Source: Erysipelotrichaceae bacterium (GTDB lineage: Bacteria > Bacillota_I > Bacilli_A > Erysipelotrichales > Coprobacillaceae). From it: 32,000 nucleotides of DNA. The position numbers and the translations under genes were made by a program. The notes under the pieces were generated by a model that searched no databases, was not told the DNA's origin, and saw nothing but the letters and a program-made list of their open reading frames with translations. Where the stretch lies: contig JAQVDW010000006.1 in NCBI GenBank assembly GCA_028698185.1, positions 30,001-62,000 on the forward strand. Direction: 5' to 3'. Of this stretch, positions 25,176 to 32,000 are shown piece by piece. Positions within the stretch are counted from its first letter, which is position 1, and the number at the start of each line of letters is the position of its first letter.

Positions 25176-26180
25176 TTAGTCCTCGATTTTAAGTTCTCTT
25201 GTCATCAGATTGTTTATTTCAACTTTCGGCTCTTTACCTTCGTATAAAACCCGGTAAATAGCATCGATTATCGGCAATTCAATGTCGTCATATTGTTTGG
25301 CATCCTCGTGGATGACCTTGCAGGTCCTGATCCCTTCGCATGTCTTGGTGTTGTTTTCCATGAATGTCTTGGCATCGTTGGTCCGCCCGATTTCCAGACC
25401 CGCCTGGAAGTTGCGGGAATGCACCGACGAACAGGTGACGATCAGGTCGCCGACTCCGGTAAGACCAAGGTAAGTTTCCAACCGCCCGCCTTTTTTCATC
25501 CCGTAGCGCACCATTTCAGCCAGGCCCCGGGTGATCAGGGCCGCCTTGGTGTTGTCACCATAACCAAGTCCGACAAGGCATCCGGCCGCTACAGCAATGA
25601 CGTTTTTGAATGCCACGCCATATTCGCTGCCCACCTCGTCATCATTGCGGTAGACCCGGAAATACTCATTGGCAAAAAGATGTTGGACATCCTTGGCCGT
25701 TTCCAGATCGAGAGATACCGCGGTAACTGCGGTAAGCATCCGCAAAATGACTTCCTCGGCGTGGGAAGGACCGATCAAAGATACGACCGGATTGATAAGT
25801 TCCGCTGGCAGAACGGCCCGGATTGTCGATGACATCCGCTTGTTCGATCCAAGATCAAATCCCTTGGCCGCATTGACAACCGTCACTTTTCTTCTTAGCA
25901 GCGGTCTGACCTGTTCGAGCAAAGCCCGAACCGCCTGGGTCGGAACGGTGACCAGGATATAATCGGCGTTGTCGACCGTCGCTTCCAAATCGGTCGTGGC
26001 CTTGATTTTAGGCGAGAAACTCACACCTGGAAAAAACTTGCTGTTCTGGCGGTTGTTGTTGATATCCGAAATCTCATCGGCGTTGATCCCATAAAGCAGG
26101 ACCTCGTGGGAATTGTCAACCAACACCTGGGCCAAGGCCGTTGCCCAGGAACCAGTTCCTAAAATCGCAATCTTACTCAT
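25176..26180 (-). CDS. gpsA: NAD(P)H-dependent glycerol-3-phosphate dehydrogenase
   Basis: 334 aa with N-terminal ILGTGSWATALA dinucleotide fold. It follows der, as in Bacillus. Confidence 0.96.
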   Translation of the reverse strand: MSKIAILGTGSWATALAQVLVDNSHEVLLYGINADEISDINNNRQNSKFFPGVSFSPKIKATTDLEATVDNADYILVTVPTQAVRALLEQVRPLLRRKVTVVNAAKGFDLGSNKRMSSTIRAVLPAELINPVVSLIGPSHAEEVILRMLTAVTAVSLDLETAKDVQHLFANEYFRVYRNDDEVGSEYGVAFKNVIAVAAGCLVGLGYGDNTKAALITRGLAEMVRYGMKKGGRLETYLGLTGVGDLIVTCSSVHSRNFQAGLEIGRTNDAKTFMENNTKTCEGIRTCKVIHEDAKQYDDIELPIIDAIYRVLYEGKEPKVEINNLMTRELKIED

Positions 26181-26181
26181 T

Positions 26182-27489
26182 CTAATCCCGCTTTCTACAA
26201 ATTATATGGATCGGGGTTCCTTCAAAACCGAAAGCCTCACGCAAACGGTTTTCCAGATACCGCTTATATGAAAAGTGCATGTAGTTTGGATCATTGACAA
26301 ACAGGACGAATGTCGGCGGTGCCACGGCAACCTGGTTGGCATAGTAGATCTTGAGCCTTCCGTTGTTGAAAGTGGTCGTCGGGTTCATCAGTTGGGCATC
26401 AATCAGCACGTCGTTGAGCACCGAAGTCTGAACGCGCTTGTTGCTTGCTTCATATACCGTGTTGATCAACGGGAAAATCTGGTCAACCTTTTGTCTTGTT
26501 TTGGCCGATACAAATACGATTGGCGCATAATCAAGATATTTGAACTGCGTGCGCAGCTCTTTTTCGATTTTGGACATGGTCTTCTCGTCTTTTTCAACCA
26601 AGTCCCATTTGTTGTAGACAATGATCATCCCTTTTCCAGCCTCATGACCATAACCGGCCACGTGCTTGTCCTGTTCGCGGACTCCGGATTCCCCGTCAAT
26701 CACAAACAGAACCACATCGCTTTTCTCGATGGCAGACAACGCTCTTAATATCGAATATTTTTCGACATTCTCGTATATCTTGCCTTTCTTGCGCATCCCA
26801 GCCGTATCGATAACCCGATACTTCTGCCCGTCCTTTTCAAACGCGGTGTCGATGGCATCACGGGTTGTCCCTTCGATATCCGAAACGATTACCCGTTGTT
26901 GCCCCAACAGGGCATTGGTCAATGACGATTTGCCCACGTTAGGCCGCCCGATGATCGAGAACTTGATTTCGTCTTCAGCGACTTCCTCTTCCTCGACGAA
27001 TTCGAGCTGATGGATCACCTCATCAAGTAGATCCCCGATACCGATACCGTGAGATCCGGATACCGCAATTGGATCCCCGATTCCCAGATTGTAAAATTCA
27101 TATATCTCATTTTTAAAATCGCCGTCATCAATCTTGTTGACCGCCAGGACCACTGGTTTTTTGCTTCGTTGCAACAACCGGGCCACGTATTCATCCTCAC
27201 GAGTCACACCTTCGCGGCCGTTGACCACGAAAACGATGACATCGGCTTCTTCGATCGCGATTTGCGCCTGCATGGTGATCTGGTCGGTGAACGACGCATT
27301 TTCCAGCTCTATTCCGCCGGTGTCGATCAGCCGGAATTCCTTGGTCAGCCAGCTTGCCTTGGCGTAGATTCTATCACGGGTTACCCCGGCCACGTCTTCG
27401 ACAATTGAAATTCGCTGTCCCACGATCCGGTTGAAGATGGTCGATTTGCCGACGTTCGCACGACCGACAATAGCTACTACTCCTGCCAT
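26182..27489 (-). CDS. der: ribosome biogenesis GTPase Der (EngA)
   Basis: 435 aa with tandem G domains ([17 protein letters not shown] and [17 protein letters not shown]) plus a KH-like C-terminus. Confidence 0.97.
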   Translation of the reverse strand: MAGVVAIVGRANVGKSTIFNRIVGQRISIVEDVAGVTRDRIYAKASWLTKEFRLIDTGGIELENASFTDQITMQAQIAIEEADVIVFVVNGREGVTREDEYVARLLQRSKKPVVLAVNKIDDGDFKNEIYEFYNLGIGDPIAVSGSHGIGIGDLLDEVIHQLEFVEEEEVAEDEIKFSIIGRPNVGKSSLTNALLGQQRVIVSDIEGTTRDAIDTAFEKDGQKYRVIDTAGMRKKGKIYENVEKYSILRALSAIEKSDVVLFVIDGESGVREQDKHVAGYGHEAGKGMIIVYNKWDLVEKDEKTMSKIEKELRTQFKYLDYAPIVFVSAKTRQKVDQIFPLINTVYEASNKRVQTSVLNDVLIDAQLMNPTTTFNNGRLKIYYANQVAVAPPTFVLFVNDPNYMHFSYKRYLENRLREAFGFEGTPIHIICRKRD

Positions 27490-28154
27490 TATTTTGCCTC
27501 CTTTTCCTTTACTAGTTCTAAAATCAGTCCGACGACTTCCTCGATTGTCTTGTCGGAAGTGTCGATTTCGATTGCGTCATCAGCCTTTTTCAAAGGCGAA
27601 ATCTGACGATGGGTATCCTGATAATCACGATGTTCTATTTCCTCAAGAATCTTCTCGTAATCCGCTTCCAGGCCTCTTTCGATATTATCATGATAACGGC
27701 GCAGCGCGCGCGTCTTGCTTGAAGCCACCTGGAATATTTTCAGCTGAGCGTTTTTCAACACCACTGTACCGATATCCCGGCCATCCATCACAACCCCGCC
27801 ACTAGCAGCGATCTGTTGCTGCTTGGATACCAGAAAATCACGGACCTTCTGGTATTGCGAGACTACCGAAGCCCCGATTGAGATATTGTCCTGGCGGATT
27901 TCCTTCGAGACATCAGTCCCATTCAGGAAAATCGCGCCTTTTTCATCGATATCGATATCAATATCAATTAAAGCAGCACTAACGGCTGCTTCATCTTTAA
28001 TATCAATATCATTAGACAGACAGTACAGGCAGACCGAACGGTACATCGCCCCTGTATCAATATAAATATAGTTGAGCTTTTTTGCAACAATTTTTGCTGC
28101 AGTAGATTTCCCTGAAGCGCTTGGTCCATCTATTGCAATTGAAATTTTCTTCAT
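27489..28154 (-). CDS. cmk: cytidylate kinase
   Basis: 221 aa with [14 protein letters not shown]-loop. TAATG stop/start overlap with der. Confidence 0.96.
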   Translation of the reverse strand: MKKISIAIDGPSASGKSTAAKIVAKKLNYIYIDTGAMYRSVCLYCLSNDIDIKDEAAVSAALIDIDIDIDEKGAIFLNGTDVSKEIRQDNISIGASVVSQYQKVRDFLVSKQQQIAASGGVVMDGRDIGTVVLKNAQLKIFQVASSKTRALRRYHDNIERGLEADYEKILEEIEHRDYQDTHRQISPLKKADDAIEIDTSDKTIEEVVGLILELVKEKEAK

Positions 28155-28164
28155 TTATTACTCC

Positions 28165-28971
28165 TTATAGTATTTGCATCGCGATGTAGCAACAAAGCAG
28201 TACAAATATCACTACTAGAATAACAATAATCACATTCAATATCAATGCTCCTTTGGAATTTTCTCCAATTTCGTCATGAATATCCATGTCCACCGTCTCA
28301 TTTCTGGCCACGATTATTGTTTTGTCCGGATTTATATCTTCGAATGGGGAAGTTTCCTCACTCTTGAAGGCCGGTTTTTCTTCCTTGTGTTCAGCCTCAG
28401 ACAAGTCCTTCCCTTGAACCTTCGGAACTTCCTTGACTTTGGCGTCCTTTTGTGAAATCTCCTCAAGACGTTCAAGCAAAGATTTCGGCCTATTGTTTTC
28501 TTTGGCCTGTTCCTGAATGGCAGCCCCCTCTTTTACCTGGTCGTCTTTTGGCGCCGGATACTGCGCCGTATGGTCCAGTGATTCATTGATGAACATCCCT
28601 TTTTTGAAGTCCTGGGTCTGGTATCTATCGTCACCGTCGACAGTGACAACTTCTACCTGAGGGTTCTTGATCTTGTTCAAGATGCTAAGGCGGGTATCCT
28701 CATGCTCCCCCAAAGATTCCTTGGCCGATTTTATGGCCCGGTCGATTTCCGGTGTCGGTTCATTCTTGACATCATCGAAAGTCTTGGCGATTTCCAAAGT
28801 GTCCTCAAAATGTTCAACCCTTGAAACCGCCTGCCCTGGCTCCTTTAAAAATCCCAGGAAATCATCCTCCTGATCGGCGTCCTTTTCGACAACCGTTCTT
28901 CCTTGTTTATTTTTGGAATTCAAATCCTTAATTCCTTCACGCACACTACGATATTTCTCATATCTCGACAT
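28165..28971 (-). CDS. hypothetical tail-anchored membrane protein (K/E/D-rich)
   Basis: The only hydrophobic segment is the extreme C-terminus (ALILNVIIVILVVIFVLLCCYIAMQIL). The rest is charged and low-complexity. Start moved to the second ATG (MSRYEKY, 28971), which has GGGGTG 7 nt upstream. The ORF-track start is 28986. Confidence 0.6.
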   Translation of the reverse strand: MSRYEKYRSVREGIKDLNSKNKQGRTVVEKDADQEDDFLGFLKEPGQAVSRVEHFEDTLEIAKTFDDVKNEPTPEIDRAIKSAKESLGEHEDTRLSILNKIKNPQVEVVTVDGDDRYQTQDFKKGMFINESLDHTAQYPAPKDDQVKEGAAIQEQAKENNRPKSLLERLEEISQKDAKVKEVPKVQGKDLSEAEHKEEKPAFKSEETSPFEDINPDKTIIVARNETVDMDIHDEIGENSKGALILNVIIVILVVIFVLLCCYIAMQIL

Positions 28972-29006
28972 ATTTTTGCACCCCATATATAATATCTTAC
29001 GGGTCC

Positions 29007-29015
29007 ATTATACCA
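29007..29015 (-). promoter_or_regulatory. putative extended -10 promoter for the hypothetical-cmk-der-gpsA unit
   Basis: Minus strand reads TGgTATAAT (hexamer 29012-29007). No good -35. Confidence 0.4.
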
Positions 29016-29056
29016 CAATAAAATGAAACAAACATCTTTTATTTTGGCTAGTACTA

Positions 29057-29065
29057 TGATATAAT
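29057..29065 (+). promoter_or_regulatory. putative extended -10 promoter for the ferredoxin gene
   Basis: TGaTATAAT (TG 29057-29058, hexamer 29060-29065). AAGGAGG RBS at 29080-29086. Confidence 0.45.
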
Positions 29066-29094
29066 CTAGCTGTAAAAAAAAGGAGGACTCAATA

Positions 29095-29280
29095 ATGGCT
29101 AAAGCTACTGTATTGGAAACTTGTATTGGATGTGGAGCTTGTGTAGGAATCGCACCTGAAGTATTTGAATTAGGCGATGATGGTTTAGCTTTCGCAGTTG
29201 AAGGTGATTTAGGAGCTAACGAAGAAGCTGCTAAAGAAGCTGCTGCTGCTTGTCCAGTTGAAGCTATCGTTGTTGAATAG
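29095..29280 (+). CDS. fer: small single-cluster [4Fe-4S] (or [3Fe-4S]) ferredoxin
   Basis: 61 aa with CIGCGAC...CP cluster ligands (CxxCxxC...CP). Acidic. Highly biased codon usage: 12 of 14 Ala codons are GCT. Confidence 0.9.
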   Translation: MAKATVLETCIGCGACVGIAPEVFELGDDGLAFAVEGDLGANEEAAKEAAAACPVEAIVVE

Positions 29281-29285
29281 TTTCT

Positions 29286-29308
29286 AAAAACGGCATTGCC
29301 GTTTTTTT
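29286..29308 (+). terminator. rho-independent terminator of fer
   Basis: AAAAACGGC-att-GCCGTTTTT followed by TTAT. Confidence 0.8.
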
Positions 29309-29329
29309 ATTTTGCGTCAATTAACCGAT

Positions 29330-29378
29330 AAAAAACCAGCGGTGAGGATCATCTTACAGATCCTCACCGCTGGTTTTT
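29330..29378. terminator. bidirectional terminator (serves htrA, backs up fer)
   Basis: Perfect 15-bp stem CCAGCGGTGAGGATC / GATCCTCACCGCTGG (29336-29350 / 29359-29373) with an 8-nt loop, flanked by A6 and T5. Confidence 0.85.
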
Positions 29379-29380
29379 GA

Positions 29381-30502
29381 TTATTTCAATGTGACAGTCA
29401 CTGTAACTTCTTTGCCGGAGCGATTGATGACTATCGCCACCTTTTCACCGGGCTGTTTAGAGTAGAGCAATGTCAAAAACGATTTGTACGTTGTGACTTT
29501 TTGACCGTCGAAGCTGACAATCACATCGCCCTCTTCCAGGCCAGCCGTACTGGCAGCGGAATCATCATAGACTTTGGCGATGTAGATTCCCGAATCAAGG
29601 TCGGACGAAATGCCGTAGAAAGAACGCTGGTATGAAGAATAGTTTTCCAAAGACACTGATGAAATTCCCAATACCGGACGGGAAACTTCACCATTTTCGA
29701 TGATCTGGTCGGCATATGTTGTCGCATCTTCGACTGGGATCGCAAAGCCCATCCCCTCGACATCGGTTGCCGCCAGTTTTGAGGAAGTTATTCCCACCAG
29801 CTCGCCAGCCATGTTCACCAGGGCACCGCCGCTGTTGCCAGGGTTGATTGCCGCGTCTGTCTGGATGACATTCATATCCCAATCTTCGACACCGTCATCG
29901 TTCAAATCCAAAGTGATTGTCCGATCCTTGCCGGATATGACCCCCTGGGTCACTGTCCCCGAATACTCGAGCCCAAGCGGCGATCCGATTGCGACAACCG
30001 TTTCCCCGGAATCAAGCAGCGAAGTCGATCCGAGTTTCATCGCTTTGGGATCAGCGACACCTTTTACCGCCAAAACGGCAATGTCCGAATAAGTGTCCCC
30101 GCCAACCAATGTGGCGTCGTAGGTGTTGCCATCGGCAAACACCACCTCGAAGCTGGTACCGTCAGTTATTACATGGTTGTTGGTGATGATGTAGGTCGTG
30201 TCACCATCGATCTGGTAGACAACTCCCGAACCGGTTGAATAAAGCTGGTTTCTGACATAGTTGGCAACCCCGACAACGGAATTCTCAACCGAATCCACCA
30301 CCTCGGTGGTTGTGGTCGTCACATCGTATTGCACATTGGCTACAGTAGTTGCAGTCGAATCATCCGTTGTCGTCAGCGACTGGTTGAAAGCCTGAAGACT
30401 TTGGATCTCCCTATAGAAATAAAGATTGCTGGCAACCAGGCCAACCACAAGTAAAATCAAAACAAAAGTAATGAATTTATTGTATTTAGATTGTTGTTCC
30501 AT
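29381..30502 (-). CDS. htrA: HtrA/DegP-family trypsin-like serine protease with PDZ domain
   Basis: 373 aa with an N-terminal TM anchor, triad contexts NNHV, DIAVL and GNSGGAL, and a C-terminal PDZ. Confidence 0.93.
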   Translation of the reverse strand: MEQQSKYNKFITFVLILLVVGLVASNLYFYREIQSLQAFNQSLTTTDDSTATTVANVQYDVTTTTTEVVDSVENSVVGVANYVRNQLYSTGSGVVYQIDGDTTYIITNNHVITDGTSFEVVFADGNTYDATLVGGDTYSDIAVLAVKGVADPKAMKLGSTSLLDSGETVVAIGSPLGLEYSGTVTQGVISGKDRTITLDLNDDGVEDWDMNVIQTDAAINPGNSGGALVNMAGELVGITSSKLAATDVEGMGFAIPVEDATTYADQIIENGEVSRPVLGISSVSLENYSSYQRSFYGISSDLDSGIYIAKVYDDSAASTAGLEEGDVIVSFDGQKVTTYKSFLTLLYSKQPGEKVAIVINRSGKEVTVTVTLK

Positions 30503-30582
30503 ATGATCACTCCTTTGATATCTGGCTAAATTATAACGTAACAGTACCGATAAATTCCAATAATTTGATGTGAAAATATGGT

Positions 30583-31548
30583 TTATTTTTCGGAGCTTTC
30601 GTACTTCTCAATAACCCTTTGGACGACAGGGTGGCGCACAACATCCATCGGTGAAAGATACACAAACTGGATTCCCTTGACGTCCTTGAGCAGATTTGCC
30701 GCCTCTTTCAAGCCGGAATCGACCTTCCATGGCAAATCAATCTGCGAGATATCGCCGGTGACGATCATCTTCGAATTGAAGCCTAGCCTGGTCAAAAACA
30801 TCTTCATCTGGGCCTTGGTTGTGTTCTGGGCCTCGTCAAGAATGACATAGGCGTCCTCGAGCGTCCGGCCCCTCATGTAGGCCAAAGGCGCGATTTCGAT
30901 GACCCCTTTTTCGATCAGCTTCTCGGTCTGTTCATAACCTAGCATGTCATAGAGCGCATCATAGAGTGGCCGCAAATACGGATCGACTTTTTCCTTGAGG
31001 TCGCCTGGCAAAAAACCCAATGACTCACCGGCCTCGACTGCAGGACGGGTCAGGATGATTTTTTGAACCTCATTGTTCTTGAGCGCATTCACGGCAAATA
31101 CAACCCCAAGATATGTTTTACCGGTGCCGGCCGGCCCGATCCCAAATACGATATCGTTTTTCTGCAAAGCGTGGTAATAGGCTTTCTGGCCGAAAGTTTT
31201 GGGATAGATAAGCTTTCCCGTCAGGGTCCGGGCGATTTTTATCTTGTACAATTCCTCAATCGATTCCAGATCCTTCTTGTTTTCCAGACGCAAGGCATAG
31301 ATCACATCGCGGCGGTGGATCTGGATTCCTTTTTTGATAAGGTTTATGAGGGCTTCGATGACTTCCTTGGCCTCATTGACATTGTTTGGATTGTCACCCG
31401 TGATTGTGACCATATCGCCCCGCAAGGAAATCTCCACCTCTAGCTGTTCCTCGATGATTTCAAAATGCTTGTCGTTCGAACCGCTCAACATGCTTAACTT
31501 GTCGATACTAAAATCATTTATTTGAATTGTCTCTTTCATATAAGTCAC
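30583..31548 (-). CDS. phoH: PhoH-family ATPase (PhoH/YbeZ)
   Basis: 321 aa with Walker A GPAGTGKTY, Walker B ILDEAQN and a KH-like N-terminal region. Confidence 0.95.
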   Translation of the reverse strand: MTYMKETIQINDFSIDKLSMLSGSNDKHFEIIEEQLEVEISLRGDMVTITGDNPNNVNEAKEVIEALINLIKKGIQIHRRDVIYALRLENKKDLESIEELYKIKIARTLTGKLIYPKTFGQKAYYHALQKNDIVFGIGPAGTGKTYLGVVFAVNALKNNEVQKIILTRPAVEAGESLGFLPGDLKEKVDPYLRPLYDALYDMLGYEQTEKLIEKGVIEIAPLAYMRGRTLEDAYVILDEAQNTTKAQMKMFLTRLGFNSKMIVTGDISQIDLPWKVDSGLKEAANLLKDVKGIQFVYLSPMDVVRHPVVQRVIEKYESSEK

Positions 31549-31562
31549 CTCTATCTAACTCA

Positions 31563-31591
31563 ATTCTAACAAACGGGGCCCGTTTTGACAA
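31563..31591 (-). promoter_or_regulatory. putative phoH promoter
   Basis: Minus strand reads TTGTCA (31591-31586), 17 nt, TAGAAT (31568-31563). The spacer contains the palindrome AAACGGGGCCCGTTT. Confidence 0.55.
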
Positions 31592-31660
31592 CATTCAAGC
31601 ATAATCATGTCGAAAAAAACATCGGATAATCCGGGTCTGACCGGTCGGGAAAATCGGCAT

Positions 31661-31686
31661 AAAAAAAAGACTCAAGGAATGAGTCT
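31661..31686 (-). terminator. rho-independent terminator of rpsU
   Basis: Minus strand reads AGACTCA-ttcct-TGAGTCT followed by T7 (plus-strand A run 31661-31667; an eighth T at 31668 is the last stem base). The stem overlaps the TAG stop. Confidence 0.8.
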
Positions 31687-31867
31687 ATCTTTTTTTCTTG
31701 TTGTTTTTACGAGCTGCTTCTGACTTTAATTTTCTTTTTAAACCTGGTTTCACATAAAATTCTCTTTTACGAGCTTCTGCAAGGGTTCCAGTTCTAGAAA
31801 CTTGTCTTTTAAATCTTCTAAGAGCGTCATCTAACGATTCGTTATCTCTTACAACTGTCTTTGCCAT
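31685..31867 (-). CDS. rpsU: 30S ribosomal protein S21
   Basis: 60 aa. [27 protein letters not shown]... is the typical S21 sequence, ending in a basic tail. Confidence 0.96.
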   Translation of the reverse strand: MAKTVVRDNESLDDALRRFKRQVSRTGTLAEARKREFYVKPGLKRKLKSEAARKNNKKKR

Positions 31868-31901
31868 CCTAATTCCCCCCTTCGACTCTAAATTCTATAT
31901 C

Positions 31902-31929
31902 ATTATACACCATTACAAAGTAAATTCAA
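31902..31929 (-). promoter_or_regulatory. putative rpsU promoter
   Basis: Minus strand reads TTGAAT (31929-31924), 16 nt, TATAAT (31907-31902). Confidence 0.5.
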
Positions 31930-32000
31930 GTACATATTCGAAATATTTTAAGTTATTTTTTTATTACAGGGTTTTATTTACCAATATATCCCATATTATT

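Noticed and set aside
1-32000. A search for defence systems, toxin-antitoxin pairs, a prophage, an integrative element or a CRISPR array.
   Set aside because: I found no integrase, transposase or recombinase, no direct-repeat/spacer array, no tRNA attachment site and no cluster of unknown genes. Every multi-gene block is accounted for by conserved housekeeping operons with Bacillus-like synteny.

Overview
This window is a core-genome housekeeping segment with 29 supported CDS, 27 of them on the minus strand. Gene content and order look like a low-to-moderate-GC Bacillota chromosome (Bacillus- or Erysipelotrichia-like). The organism is walled, because it carries a class B PBP with PASTA domains. 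Left to right the window holds: an SDR oxidoreductase (+); an orphan 71-aa ORF next to a ~320 bp gene-free AT-rich spacer; typA; pfkA-pyk; a tightly packed ~10 kb replication/repair unit dnaE-polA-mutM-(Gfo/Idh/MocA oxidoreductase)-coaE-dnaB(DnaD-type)-dnaI; an EamA transporter; a RumA/TrmA-like protein; a CNNM/CorC protein; a truncated division-cluster head mraZ-rsmH-ftsL-PBP2B; yceD-rpmF (rpmF is too short for the ORF track and was found by hand); (hypothetical)-cmk-der-gpsA; a small ferredoxin (+); htrA; phoH; rpsU. I found no rRNA, tRNA, CRISPR array, transposase, integrase, phage gene, toxin-antitoxin pair or recognisable defence module. I therefore see no evidence for a novel multi-gene system here. 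The observations most worth a second look are at single-gene or regulatory scale. (1) The RumA-like protein keeps its TRAM and Fe-S cysteine features but appears to have lost every catalytic and SAM-binding methyltransferase motif. (2) The DnaI-type helicase loader has a degenerate Walker A, sensor I and Arg finger. (3) Four GTG[G/T] boxes (MraZ-operator-like) sit at exactly 10-bp spacing between the mraZ -10 element and its GTG start, and a 13-nt inverted copy lies ~170 bp upstream. (4) An AT-rich spacer with phased A-tracts contains a GC-rich hairpin island. All motif alignments were made by eye and need profile or structure confirmation.
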